From the IMG/VR virus record IMGVR_UViG_3300020036_004192, positions 1-64,000 of that record: 64,000 nucleotides of DNA. One strand, given 5' to 3'. Positions 38,250-48,349 of this stretch are shown in pieces. Positions within the stretch are counted from its first letter, which is position 1. Every line of letters begins with the position of its first letter. The position numbers and the translations under genes were made by a program. Source of the DNA: a virus. The notes under the pieces were generated by a model, which had not been told where the DNA came from, did not search any database, and was given only the letters and a program-made list of their open reading frames with translations.

Positions 38250-38458
38250 AGCAGATTCTTGCCTTCCAAGTCAAGGAACTTTCTTCTGTCATGCAACCAG
38301 TCACATTTTAGATCATGTTTAGACTTAAAGATAGTCTTCCGGTTGAACACAAAGTATGTTCCAACATATGAGGGGAGATGATTGGGGTCCCCGTAGAGCC
38401 TACGTGTGCCTATGAATTTTCCGTATCTTAAATCACGGATTCTATCTGAGATTTTCAT
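38246..38458 (-). CDS. Hypothetical protein (70 aa)
   Basis: Tiled ORF. Confidence 0.35.
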   Translation of the reverse strand: MKISDRIRDLRYGKFIGTRRLYGDPNHLPSYVGTYFVFNRKTIFKSKHDLKCDWLHDRRKFLDLEGKNLL

Positions 38459-38476
38459 ATACCCTTGTCTCCGACT

Positions 38477-38800
38477 TTAAACATTTTCTCCCCTACGTTT
38501 CTGTATAGCCGCATCAAAAGCTATTGCTTCTTCTATCCTTTTGTTAACGGCAGCGTTACCGAATCGGTTAGCAATTTTCTGTAAAGTTTGAGAATCAGTG
38601 GCCCAAGATTCTGGTGGGATTGACCCGTCTAGAAGTGCAGCCTGAATTGCTAACTCGTATTGATGGTACAGATGTAACCCACTATTATCAGACTCTCCGC
38701 ACACGCAATTGTCCCATAGCCAGGAAGGGAAGTGTTTTCTAGAAACGGCTAATAAGATTCCTGCTATAGTATTTGGATCGGGGTCAAGCTGGGCAGTCAT
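38477..38800 (-). CDS. Hypothetical protein (107 aa)
   Basis: Tiled ORF. Confidence 0.4.
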   Translation of the reverse strand: MTAQLDPDPNTIAGILLAVSRKHFPSWLWDNCVCGESDNSGLHLYHQYELAIQAALLDGSIPPESWATDSQTLQKIANRFGNAAVNKRIEEAIAFDAAIQKRRGENV

Positions 38801-39062
38801 CTTCTACCTCCACTGGACGTTCTGACTTGACTAACCTAAGGAACATTGGTTCCCTGGGCAGGTTCTTGTCTTCTAGTTCTTCTAGGATGGAAGCTAGTGT
38901 TCCGTCTAGTGAGTCTCCACCTGTATCTTTAATGTACTTTTCGATAGCTAAGCATGCTGTTTGGAACAGCAGAGTTGGCTCATGATGTTGTAGTTTGGAT
39001 TTGATTCTAATGTCGTCGTTCAGTTTAATTTTCATAGCATTCCTAAATCGTGTAGCGTTCAC
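38784..39062 (-). CDS. Hypothetical protein (92 aa)
   Basis: Tiled ORF. Confidence 0.4.
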   Translation of the reverse strand: MNATRFRNAMKIKLNDDIRIKSKLQHHEPTLLFQTACLAIEKYIKDTGGDSLDGTLASILEELEDKNLPREPMFLRLVKSERPVEVEDDCPA

Positions 39063-39097
39063 TAAATTGACGTTCGCTTAGGGCATACACATAAATC

Positions 39098-39292
39098 TTA
39101 GCTCTCATGCAGGCAGGATCTGTGTTGGCAATGACAGGTGTAGATCTGTTTCTGAATGAGGTCGCCACGACGTAATAAACTTAGTAAAGTGTTGGACGAA
39201 TAGCCTCTGTATTCCGGTCCCTCTGGTGGGCCATAGTTGCTAATCTCATTTAATGCATTCTGCTGTGCCCGGCTTCTAACGGTCATGCCCAT
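39098..39292 (-). CDS. Hypothetical protein (64 aa)
   Basis: Tiled ORF. Confidence 0.35.
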   Translation of the reverse strand: MGMTVRSRAQQNALNEISNYGPPEGPEYRGYSSNTLLSLLRRGDLIQKQIYTCHCQHRSCLHES

Positions 39293-40065
39293 TGTCCTTT
39301 AATAGATAGATCTTTAGTGTCCAAGATGGCCATTGAGTTAGGCACACCATCACACCCTAGACCATACACATCACCGTACTGTATTTCATCTTTATAACGA
39401 TACAAGTCACCGTATTGTAATTTATCTTTGTAACAGTAATGATAGTGTCCATGGACTAGAATTTTAGGTTTCACTTTATCGTAAATCTCATAGAGTCTCA
39501 TTCGATTGCCCCATGATGACCTGATTAGCCTATCGGGCCATGTAAATTCTGTCTGATTTAAATATGTTCGCAAGGTGCCGGTTAGTTCAGGGCAGTCATG
39601 TGTTAATAGAATATCTACTGGTTCTTCTGTGACTTTACGTACTTGTACGTCTGTAATGGCTTCCTGTGGGAACCAGGAGATAAAGTGTACTCTAGAATCT
39701 TGATCCACAGATGTTGCTCCACCGAACGACATGAATTTCACGCCGTCTATGTTAAATCTGTAACCTCGGGGTAGGTAGTAGACTCTACTTTGAAGTTGTG
39801 TGATTGTCAAATTTTCTGTGTTTGCACCTAACCTGTTTAGCAGGTCAAAGTTTTCGTGGTTACCGTCTAGGAAGAACATTGTCTTCTTGGATTCTGTCAA
39901 CATGTCATTTAGCTTGTTGAACTTGCTGAGGTCATCGTCTTTCCAGATGAATCCAAAGTCCCCTAATTGAATAATTAGGTCAATATTTTCTTCTGTTGCG
40001 GCTTCAATAACTTGACTGGCTGAGTCTAGTTGTCCATGCAGGTCGCCTGCTAGAAGAATTCTCAA
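39283..40065 (-). CDS. Calcineurin-like metallophosphoesterase
   Basis: ILLAGDLHGQ (GDxHG), IQLGDFG (GDxxDRG-like), DGNHEN (GNHE) and the HGHYH motif. Confidence 0.7.
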   Translation of the reverse strand: MRILLAGDLHGQLDSASQVIEAATEENIDLIIQLGDFGFIWKDDDLSKFNKLNDMLTESKKTMFFLDGNHENFDLLNRLGANTENLTITQLQSRVYYLPRGYRFNIDGVKFMSFGGATSVDQDSRVHFISWFPQEAITDVQVRKVTEEPVDILLTHDCPELTGTLRTYLNQTEFTWPDRLIRSSWGNRMRLYEIYDKVKPKILVHGHYHYCYKDKLQYGDLYRYKDEIQYGDVYGLGCDGVPNSMAILDTKDLSIKGQWA

Positions 40066-40403
40066 CTAAACACACCTCGTTTACCATTTGGTAAATCTAC
40101 GATATCATCGTCTGTCCATTCCATTGAGCACCCATCAGGTCCAATAACAAAAGAAACATAATGCGTCTTATGTGGCCCTCGTTGTTCGCATTTCGCTGTT
40201 GACTGATGACCTGGCCCGCAGAAGACTACTGCTTCACATGGAATACGATATGTACGTTCTGCACACACGGCTTCATAGTATTTCTTTTCAAAAAAAGTAA
40301 ACCATGCATACTTTTTTAGGGCATCGATTTCTGCGTCTAGATCATCTTTTGTTAGTGTTCTAAGACTAGTTAGTTCGGTACGAATTAAGTCTTGTTCAGC
40401 CAT
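40062..40403 (-). CDS. Hypothetical protein (113 aa)
   Basis: Tiled ORF. Confidence 0.4.
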   Translation of the reverse strand: MAEQDLIRTELTSLRTLTKDDLDAEIDALKKYAWFTFFEKKYYEAVCAERTYRIPCEAVVFCGPGHQSTAKCEQRGPHKTHYVSFVIGPDGCSMEWTDDDIVDLPNGKRGVFS

Positions 40404-40788
40404 CTAAAGTCTCCAAGCATCGTTTAAGTTGATCTATTACAATCTGTTTTGAATCTGACTCCCACCATGATTCAGAATCATCAAGGCCATCTTCCATATA
40501 TAGTTTTTGCTGATTGGCCAAGACTAACAGCAGCCTGGCGAACTCTCCACGCAATCCAAGTAGTGAATGAAGAAAGGTTGACAATTCTTCTTCTGTAATA
40601 TAATCAGTCGTGGACGGCCAGATTCTGCTAACCTCATCCCAGTCAGCAGTAATAATAGCCCATAGCGGCAGCCTTGATTTTCCTGCTGTAATTGATCCAG
40701 CCATTCTGCCGTCATGTACTACAAGACCAGGATAAAGTCCTTCCGTCTCTTCATATGGGGTACGCCAGATTTCGTCGTATTCGGTCAC
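40396..40788 (-). CDS. Hypothetical protein (130 aa)
   Basis: Tiled ORF. Confidence 0.4.
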   Translation of the reverse strand: MTEYDEIWRTPYEETEGLYPGLVVHDGRMAGSITAGKSRLPLWAIITADWDEVSRIWPSTTDYITEEELSTFLHSLLGLRGEFARLLLVLANQQKLYMEDGLDDSESWWESDSKQIVIDQLKRCLETLDG

Positions 40789-41045
40789 GAATTTCCTATT
40801 TCTAGTAACTGAGCTATGAGCGTTTCGAAAGATACATCTACTGTTAGACTGTAAGTTTTCCGGCTTGCCTTGTAACTAATAACAACATTGGGAGAATCGT
40901 AGCCCCAGGTGTATTCACTCATTTCATAGGGGCCACAGTTCCCAAACTCTACTCCGGTGATTTCAAAGTCAGCCTGTGGCTTCTTGATAGTTAGAACCTG
41001 ATGCCTAGCCCACTTGTCTTGGGCTTCTTCCCATGTTAATGTCAT
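40785..41045 (-). CDS. Hypothetical protein (86 aa)
   Basis: Tiled ORF. Confidence 0.4.
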   Translation of the reverse strand: MTLTWEEAQDKWARHQVLTIKKPQADFEITGVEFGNCGPYEMSEYTWGYDSPNVVISYKASRKTYSLTVDVSFETLIAQLLEIGNS

Positions 41046-41046
41046 T

Positions 41047-41229
41047 TTATTCCCCCTCTAATGATTTGATGGCAGTTGAAAGCGATACAACTAAGTCCCC
41101 ATTATCTAGTTCCACCAGATAAACAAGTGTTTGGTTGATGTCTACTATCTTGCCAGTAAATCCAGAAGGTCTATGGATAACCTTATCTCCAACAGCTCTT
41201 TTAATCATATTAGGCACCGAACCCTTCAA
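41047..41229 (-). CDS. Hypothetical protein (60 aa)
   Basis: Tiled ORF. Confidence 0.35.
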   Translation of the reverse strand: MKGSVPNMIKRAVGDKVIHRPSGFTGKIVDINQTLVYLVELDNGDLVVSLSTAIKSLEGE

Positions 41230-41983
41230 GGATGCTCAGGAGGCTGTCTACGGGTGTTGTAGGGGCCTCTCGTGGCAACTCAGAACCACTAAGCTCTGCG
41301 TCTAACTGTTCAGAACGTTCACGGTATGCGTTTCTGTACTGTGAAGCATCAAAGTCTACTGTTACACGGTCAATCATCTGCATGGCTGCATCGTAATGTT
41401 CCTGTGGAAGTTCCACACTCACACCTTCAAGTTCTGTTACCTCATCGGGCCACAGCAGTTTCTGTACTACAATCTGGTTGCGCCATGTTGTTAGCCGCCA
41501 GAATCCTTCTGTGGTACGTACCTTGCACATGCCAACGAATGCCTTGTCTGAGTCTGAAACCATCTTTAAAACTAGGCCATGATATTCGTCTGCAATGTTA
41601 GGCACGAACACATATGAGCCTTCCGCAAAGAATGTTGATCCTTCAATTTCTTTACGTGGATGAATGGTTGTGCGTAGAACGTTCTCAGGTAGAGTTGATG
41701 TCCTTACTTCTGCAACATCTTCTACTGACACCTTGACTAGTTCTTCTTCGCCTTCATTATTAAGGACAACACGTGCCCGAGCTAATTGTCCTCGGGTCCA
41801 TGAGCCTGTGCCTTCGGGCGTCTGATACACTTGCTGAACCCTCGTTGGGGGTTCAATGTCGGGTGCGATTGAAACGAATTCACGGTATTCGTTTCGGTTC
41901 GGTAGGGTGATATTGAATAGTCTTCCAGTCAGGCTGATTGGTCCTAGCTGGATTGTGAAGTTTGCTACGTGCGCTCTAGGCAT
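41210..41983 (-). CDS. ku: Ku-like DNA end-binding protein (NHEJ)
   Basis: Collinear similarity to bacterial/mycobacteriophage Ku. FVGMCKVRTTEGFWRLTTWRNQIVVQKLLWPDEV matches the Ku core (...VHTLLWPDEIR), and DRVTVDFDASQYRNAYRERSEQL matches the Ku C-terminal helix. 257 aa. Confidence 0.7.
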   Translation of the reverse strand: MPRAHVANFTIQLGPISLTGRLFNITLPNRNEYREFVSIAPDIEPPTRVQQVYQTPEGTGSWTRGQLARARVVLNNEGEEELVKVSVEDVAEVRTSTLPENVLRTTIHPRKEIEGSTFFAEGSYVFVPNIADEYHGLVLKMVSDSDKAFVGMCKVRTTEGFWRLTTWRNQIVVQKLLWPDEVTELEGVSVELPQEHYDAAMQMIDRVTVDFDASQYRNAYRERSEQLDAELSGSELPREAPTTPVDSLLSILEGFGA

Positions 41984-42150
41984 TTAATCACTTTCGTATT
42001 CGATCCAACGTACTGTTGAGTATTTATGATTCATTCTATCAGTAGTGTCAAGCTCTTTCTTTAGTGCCTCTAAAGCAGGTCTATCTCCACGAGCTATTGC
42101 ATTACGGAGGGTGAATCCAAAGCATGCCGTATCCGCATACAGTATATGCA

Positions 42151-42561
42151 CTAATCTTCCTCTGCCATTTGGCCTATAAGTATAGATCCCAATTCTGCAA
42201 TATCAAGGAATGCTTCACCGTGACAGAAGTAATGCCAGGCTGCCTCAGTGGAGGTTGCCATTGTGGCATGCCGTGTCATTACGATAGGAACCGTATCCGC
42301 TTCAATATGAACCTCTACTTGCGGTACAACCCATGCGTCGTCTACGAATTCAGGCATTCCTGAATGAACTAGATTAATGTTTTTTAGTTCACAGTTACCG
42401 TAGTCCAACAACTTAAGAAGGGCGTCAATTGCTAGAAGCTTAATTAGCTCTTCCCTGCCTTGCCTGGAACTTTCTCTCTCTAACTGTACTGTAGATACTT
42501 TTACTGTTTCTGATGCTTTCATTATTGCTACTTCTTTTAAAGATGTATTTGTGTCTGCCAT
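42151..42561 (-). CDS. Hypothetical protein (136 aa)
   Basis: Tiled ORF. Confidence 0.4.
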   Translation of the reverse strand: MADTNTSLKEVAIMKASETVKVSTVQLERESSRQGREELIKLLAIDALLKLLDYGNCELKNINLVHSGMPEFVDDAWVVPQVEVHIEADTVPIVMTRHATMATSTEAAWHYFCHGEAFLDIAELGSILIGQMAEED

Positions 42562-43076
42562 TATTTGCTAGAAATCTTTCTTGGGTTAGAGTATGCTTTC
42601 TCCCATGATTCAACTCTTTCAGGGAGTTTTTCATTCAAAGTTAGAGCCTCAATAAGTAGATGACTGGCAGGTCTAGCAGGATATGCTCGCCGTAATGTCT
42701 TAGTCTTAAGTCCTGACGGCTTTATAATCATGCTAACTTCTTCTTCCTTGTCGAAGCATCCATACTTATAGTTGTCATAACTTACATCAATGTTCTTTAG
42801 ATTAACCCAGATGAGAGCGTCGTCTACTTCTCTACCAACGACCAGCCATCTTTGATTCTTCTTTGATACTAAAACATCGCCTTTCCACAAGACTCGGGCA
42901 GGTAGCTTACTGATTTTGTACTTCTTCTTGTTATACCACTCTTCATCTATCGACTTGTAGTATTCTTTGAATGCGGGAACATAGTCAGGTGAAAGCGGGC
43001 ACCAGTTGGGGTGCTCGAAGGTTTTATGGGCTAGTGGGCTTTCTTCTTTTGTTATGTCACAACACCATGTTGTCAT
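42561..43076 (-). CDS. Hypothetical protein (171 aa)
   Basis: Tiled ORF. Confidence 0.45.
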   Translation of the reverse strand: MTTWCCDITKEESPLAHKTFEHPNWCPLSPDYVPAFKEYYKSIDEEWYNKKKYKISKLPARVLWKGDVLVSKKNQRWLVVGREVDDALIWVNLKNIDVSYDNYKYGCFDKEEEVSMIIKPSGLKTKTLRRAYPARPASHLLIEALTLNEKLPERVESWEKAYSNPRKISSK

Positions 43077-43312
43077 TTGTATCTCATCTCATCGTTAGAA
43101 ACCTGGGTCCAGATCTGGCGGTTCGGTCGGCGCACAATGCGGGCAAGTTTTCGGGTTGCGTGTGCAGGGGAGATAGCTCCTTCGAAAGTTCCGCCCGTTC
43201 GGCGGTCCCCATCTAGGATAGACCAAGCCCAGAGGTTCCAAGCGTCATAACCCGCTCCGTTGCTTCGGATACGGCGAAGTTGAATGAGTGGTTCCTGATG
43301 AACAACAATCAT
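43073..43312 (-). CDS. Hypothetical protein (79 aa)
   Basis: Tiled ORF. Confidence 0.35.
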   Translation of the reverse strand: MIVVHQEPLIQLRRIRSNGAGYDAWNLWAWSILDGDRRTGGTFEGAISPAHATRKLARIVRRPNRQIWTQVSNDEMRYK

Positions 43313-43773
43313 TATTGTCTCCTGAATATGTCTTTAACGTTACTAAGAATAGTTGAAGCAGGAAGAGGAACCGGCATCACAGGGGAATAAGTCTTCTTTA
43401 CTGACCTGTATCCATGATAAGAGTCCCATCCATGTCTATTATTCCAGAACATATCGTAATCCTCTTCATCATCATATCCGCCATCTGCGAACTGCTGGTA
43501 GCCTTCTCTGTCTTTAATGTCATCGTAGTCATCAGTTTTAGGACAATAGATTTGCACGCCCTCATCGAAATGAAAAAACATAACATCCCTGTGCCCATGA
43601 GGACCTTTAGCCGAAATAGCTACAGTCGGGAGTGGAGTGTTTTCAAGCTTCTCGACATCTTCAACATACATTATCTCGTCTTTGTGGACGATGAAGTCCC
43701 CTTCGACTACCTTGTATGCATCTATCTCAAAAACGAATTCCGGTTCAATAGTTGACTCATTGATTTCGATCAA
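43312..43773 (-). CDS. Hypothetical acidic protein (153 aa)
   Basis: Tiled ORF. Confidence 0.45.
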   Translation of the reverse strand: MIEINESTIEPEFVFEIDAYKVVEGDFIVHKDEIMYVEDVEKLENTPLPTVAISAKGPHGHRDVMFFHFDEGVQIYCPKTDDYDDIKDREGYQQFADGGYDDEEDYDMFWNNRHGWDSYHGYRSVKKTYSPVMPVPLPASTILSNVKDIFRRQ

Positions 43774-44507
43774 GACCCTTCTGCGTCGTCAGAGTTCCTG
43801 CTGTAAAGGACCGCTCCGTTTCGGTTGAAAGCTTCTGCATAGAACCCTCTGGATAGGAGGAAAATCTGTGCAGCAATGTTCGTTCGCCCAACCCAGAGCT
43901 TAAGCGGGGTAGAGGAATCAGATACAAGTAACGTCCCAATGCCAGACCTACGAACCTGGGGGTGAACTGTAAGGACAGTTTTCCCCGGCCAAGAAATTCG
44001 CATGCCAATGATTCCACCAAACTTTATTTCGGATTCATCATCGTAGTGGTAAGGGATTTGGGCTACAGATATTTGCGGCAGGTCAGCGGTTGTCCCATCG
44101 TGTGCATTGTCTGAGATATACGCAATTGCGTTTAGCGTAGCTGGGGAATACCTGCTAGCTGTCTGTCGAAAGAACGAGTACGCTTGGGAGGCGTACTGCA
44201 GGTATGATGACCTGTCGGAATTGTAGGTGCATGTCACAAGGTTGAGGTCTTGTGGCAGGTCTGGCAGCCTAGGGGGATGTTCAATATCAGTAGCCGATGA
44301 CAGGATTGTTTGGTTTACTCTGCGCTGTAAAAGCTCGCTTGCCTGTTCGGCTCTAGTTCTAGATCGTGCTGTTGTTGGCATATAATACGCTCTTTCTTCT
44401 GTCGTAGGATGTAGGGTTAATAGACGCTCAAGCTGCTCATCTATGGCAGATGCAGAGAGGGCAAAATCATGTGGGGTAGTTGTAGTAAAAGTGTAGTTAC
44501 GTGGCAT
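43770..44507 (-). CDS. GNAT-fold (acetyltransferase-like) protein
   Basis: Motif A-like VHPQVRRSGIGTLLV in the C-terminal half; adjacent to an amidoligase-like gene. Confidence 0.45.
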   Translation of the reverse strand: MPRNYTFTTTTPHDFALSASAIDEQLERLLTLHPTTEERAYYMPTTARSRTRAEQASELLQRRVNQTILSSATDIEHPPRLPDLPQDLNLVTCTYNSDRSSYLQYASQAYSFFRQTASRYSPATLNAIAYISDNAHDGTTADLPQISVAQIPYHYDDESEIKFGGIIGMRISWPGKTVLTVHPQVRRSGIGTLLVSDSSTPLKLWVGRTNIAAQIFLLSRGFYAEAFNRNGAVLYSRNSDDAEGS

Positions 44508-44509
44508 AT

Positions 44510-45469
44510 CTACCTGCTAACCTGATAGAAATCAGTCCACCCATAGTTTGCACTATTCTGATATGCAATCTGCTTACCCATCAACTCCCCAAGTCGTTCA
44601 TCTCTTGCGCCAACTAGAGGATGAAGGACCGCAAGAGCCTCGTCCGGGTCTGAGGGCACCTCTACGTCTTTCAGGTTACTCATGAACTCGTAGTTCCCTA
44701 ACAACAGAGACATTTTGGCATACATTTCCCAACGCCAAGCTGAGCGTGTAGAATTCCACACTCTAAACTCCCAAGTGTCGTGACGTGTGCGGATTGCAAG
44801 ATTCGAGTGCCTGTCCGCTTCATAATGATTGTTGAATAGGTTAGCTAGCCACCATTCCCTAGTTGCCCCTCTAGGCTGACCAACCTCGACCTCTAAGGTG
44901 CTGGGCAGGGCGTCAATCTTTTTAACGTACTCACTGAACCCGGATAGCTCTCTTCTCCTAGCTTCCCCCTCTGGGGCATAATCGTACCATAGGGTGTGAA
45001 GGTTATACAGGTTTGATTCCTGAACTGACGTATTCATCGGACGGAGGCCAGGGAATCTTCCATTAGCCAGCCGGATGACTGCATCCTCCCACCGCATAAA
45101 CTGCCATAATAACTCATGGCACTGTAGAAAGTTTTCTGTAACTGGGACAACGTGAACATGAACGCCAGCGTTTGTTCCAGGCACAGCGTCAACTTCGACA
45201 GCGACTTCCTGAAGACAGTCTAGAACCTCTACAAATTCAGAGAACTCGTTTTCGTTGAAGACTTTTGTGATTAGCTCTCCAGAACAACTAGAGTCACGTT
45301 GCGCTCTTAGGGTCACAGTGCGACTCATGCAGTTGTTGCAGTCACAGTGGTATGAGTGTAATGAATCTGAGGGCAGAAGCTCAGGGTAAAGCATGTGCGT
45401 CTTCTCTACGAGAAGTTCAGCATTGTCCTGAAATTCGATTTCCATTCCAAAAGTGGTCAATAGTCCCAC
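44510..45469 (-). CDS. Phage amidoligase-like protein (paralog 1)
   Basis: Shares GxHVHV and EFRVWNSTRSAWRWE signature blocks with the 49170..49985 paralog; family assignment by recall of the phage amidoligase family, not verified. Confidence 0.45.
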   Translation of the reverse strand: MGLLTTFGMEIEFQDNAELLVEKTHMLYPELLPSDSLHSYHCDCNNCMSRTVTLRAQRDSSCSGELITKVFNENEFSEFVEVLDCLQEVAVEVDAVPGTNAGVHVHVVPVTENFLQCHELLWQFMRWEDAVIRLANGRFPGLRPMNTSVQESNLYNLHTLWYDYAPEGEARRRELSGFSEYVKKIDALPSTLEVEVGQPRGATREWWLANLFNNHYEADRHSNLAIRTRHDTWEFRVWNSTRSAWRWEMYAKMSLLLGNYEFMSNLKDVEVPSDPDEALAVLHPLVGARDERLGELMGKQIAYQNSANYGWTDFYQVSR

Positions 45470-46095
45470 ATCCCATAGTTGTAGTAGTAGCTTTTAGTGT
45501 CTGGCTTAGTTAAGGTTACAGGCTCCATCCTTTTACAGCCGATCAGAACCGTGTTACCCACTAGCTCCTTGTGTACCTTTTCAGCCTTTTTGATAGCTTC
45601 TTCTCTAGTCCCAATAATGGAGTGAATTAGTGCAGCACCAGTTTGGCTAATAGGGAAGGTTGTTAGCTTCCATCCAGGGAGCTTTTCAACTTCCTTTGGT
45701 GGTGCTGTATAGCTTCTGCTTACCTTATTCTCTCGTGCTTTATGTAGACTAAGGTATCTGTTAACCTTGTTATGAAAAGCTATGCCAGCAGCAACATCGT
45801 TAGGGTTTTTCTCTAGATGAATAAGAAGCTTGCCTAGCTTTTCCTTGGCCTTATTGGAAATTTCAATCCATGGAGAGTCTTTCCACTGTTTATTGTGACG
45901 TAGCCGTGATACTTCTTCTTCAACTAGATCATACCATTCAGAAAAGCTGATGTAATCGGGAAGCGGCACGGAATAGGTCGAATGCTGGATTAGTCCGTCA
46001 GGGAGCTTTTTTCTGACAGGTACGACTATTCTGATAGTCGATCGCCGCTGGGGTGCCGATCCTACGACGGCTCCGGTTACTTGTACAGTTGTCAT
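45457..46095 (-). CDS. Hypothetical protein (212 aa)
   Basis: Tiled ORF. Confidence 0.45.
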   Translation of the reverse strand: MTTVQVTGAVVGSAPQRRSTIRIVVPVRKKLPDGLIQHSTYSVPLPDYISFSEWYDLVEEEVSRLRHNKQWKDSPWIEISNKAKEKLGKLLIHLEKNPNDVAAGIAFHNKVNRYLSLHKARENKVSRSYTAPPKEVEKLPGWKLTTFPISQTGAALIHSIIGTREEAIKKAEKVHKELVGNTVLIGCKRMEPVTLTKPDTKSYYYNYGMWDY

Positions 46096-46102
46096 TTTTT
46101 CC

Positions 46103-47553
46103 TTAGTTCACTGGAACAAGGGACTTGTCAGGTCCCACTACGTAATCCTTGCCAGTTGAAGTTCTCACATACTTGTCCTCACTTGAGTCCACATAGGTTC
46201 CTAGATCCTCTAGGATCAACTGGAACGTGTTGAGCATCTCTGCTGTTAGACTAGTCCCAGAGTCAAGGATGTATTGTGTTGCCTGATTGAATACAATGAA
46301 ATCTTCGTTGCTTCGTGAGACTAGAACAGTGTCGAAGTCATCATACTTGTTGATCGGGAAGTACCCCTTGATCATGTATTCTCCGTAGGGGAACGCTTGG
46401 GGTAGGGAAACAATCTGCCCAACGATGGGGACATTGCCTACGCCTGTCATCACCCAGTTGCCAGGGCGAACGAAGCCGTGAAGGTCCCGAACGGTGTCAA
46501 TCACAGTGTCAGGCTCGTCACTGATATGCTTCATGAACCTATCAATAGACGCTTCACGTTCGACATACTCTTCGTCGTATTTGCCATTCCCGACGTAAGT
46601 GCCTTCGCTGAGATGGTTAACAACCGTCCCATGGGAGGCAGCAAGGGAATGAAAGGAAGAATCTGACATCACCTTTGCGATGATTTCAGTCATTGACTCG
46701 TCGCTGCCAGTTGTAGTAACAGGCAGAGTGCCCTGAGTCGGAGTGTTGGTAGATCGATTGACGTAGCCTGATCCAGTGGTGTACGTCTTCTTGGTAGGCG
46801 TCTTGTCTTCCCAGGTATTGACTGCCACGATCTTGCCAGCGTCAATCTCCATCAAAGTACCGTCAGTCAATGAGTCAACGAACAGTAGTTCCACGTCTGA
46901 AGCTGCAGCAGCCTTGTTGAGAATTTCAGCTTCAGAAGCGAAGATGAAAGACCCACCGGGAGTCTGGGCAAACACGAACGGGGACCCAGAGATTTTGGCT
47001 ACACGGAACGTTGTGGGATTCCCATCAATTTCCTGCCATGCAATTGCAGCAGAACCAGAAATCTCGTTAAGGATTTCTGGAATGGAACCGGCGATCAGAT
47101 GCTTGCCATCTGAGTCCTTCTCTAGCCCATAGGCGATGGCAGCAAAGATCGCTTCCGTGTCTACCTGGGCAATTCGTCTACCTGGGCCGATCTTCTGGAA
47201 CAAGTTGTAGTCGTTGTGCATAACTCCGTTATGAACACCAACGATGTTGCCGGTAATGATCGGGTGATTGTTGTGGTTGTTTTCGGGGCTACCCTGGGTA
47301 GCCATCCTTGTATGGAGAATGACATTCCGAGCGTCACTCGGTAGGTCAAGCTGTTCTACGAAGCTGGTGGCTGCCATTGCATCCTTCTGGATCATTAGCA
47401 CACCGTCAGTGTCGTACCATGCGGCTCCTGAGGCGTCTCGGCCTCGGGACTGGATTCCAAGAAGTAGGTTCTTGGCTAGTTGAGCGGCGTCGATGACGCC
47501 TGCGTCTTGATCTGATAGATTAATTCCTGCGATCCCACAAATGAGGACCACCC
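46103..47553 (-). CDS. Class II (Ntn) glutamine amidotransferase domain protein
   Basis: N-terminal (M)VLICGIAGI with the nucleophile Cys near the N-terminus, then HTRMATQG...NNHP; 482 aa; GTG start at 47553. Confidence 0.65.
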
Positions 47554-47657
47554 TCTTTCTGAGTTTACCATCGTCTTTAGATGGATTTGTTTTTTAAAGT
47601 TGAAGTACGTTGGTTGACGCACTATTTATATCAGTATAGCAGATGTTCTGCTAAATG

Positions 47658-48050
47658 TCAATAGTAGCGATTCTCGGCACAGAACTGTTTCCAGTCACCG
47701 GAAGTGACTGCACAATCCGTACCCATAAATCTGTATTCAGTGAAGTCGAATGCCATGACTTCAATGATTCTACCATCCTCTGTAGTGGCATCTACGAGCT
47801 TTTCCGTGTATCCTGCACGTCTTTCCATAGCGCACACTGAGTTAAGTGTGCCTCCATGTTCTAAACATGTTAGGATATCACCCTTAATTACTCCCGGCTT
47901 ATCTAGGAATGCAACCGGGTAAGCTCCACCCATGAAAGAGTGAAGCTCACCTTCAATAGTTGCAGGAATAGATTTTACTACTACGTCTGCTAGTAGCGGA
48001 TATAAAGCCATTCCGGGCCTTAAGGTTCCGTAAACGAAAAGCTTCCTCAT
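47658..48050 (-). CDS. Gamma-glutamyl cyclotransferase-like (AIG2/GGCT fold)
   Basis: N-terminal LFVYGTLRPG motif; about 130 aa. Confidence 0.65.
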   Translation of the reverse strand: MRKLFVYGTLRPGMALYPLLADVVVKSIPATIEGELHSFMGGAYPVAFLDKPGVIKGDILTCLEHGGTLNSVCAMERRAGYTEKLVDATTEDGRIIEVMAFDFTEYRFMGTDCAVTSGDWKQFCAENRYY

Positions 48051-48349
48051 GAATGGATTTTCGGCTTAACCTCATCGGGTGGCACGACCGGCCACGCTTC
48101 CTCACTAGGCTTATTGGCCACCAGCGTTGCCAGTGGGGTTTCTACCTTGATATACATTGTTCCAGGGGGGATTCTGCACTGGCAGTACGTTGTCTCTGTT
48201 AGGATATCAAGGAGGTTGTCCTCTTCATTACATGAACGGCAAATCACTCGGCCCGCTCCCTCGGAGTAGTCATCTTCATAGTAGTCGTCCTCATAGTAGT
48301 CGTCAGCATCACAGTATTCGTCATCACAGTTAATATCACGACACGGCAT
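48047..48349 (-). CDS. Acidic Cys/Tyr/Asp-rich small protein (100 aa)
   Basis: CDDEYCDADDYYEDDYYEDDYSEGAGRVICRSC. Confidence 0.45.
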   Translation of the reverse strand: MPCRDINCDDEYCDADDYYEDDYYEDDYSEGAGRVICRSCNEEDNLLDILTETTYCQCRIPPGTMYIKVETPLATLVANKPSEEAWPVVPPDEVKPKIHS

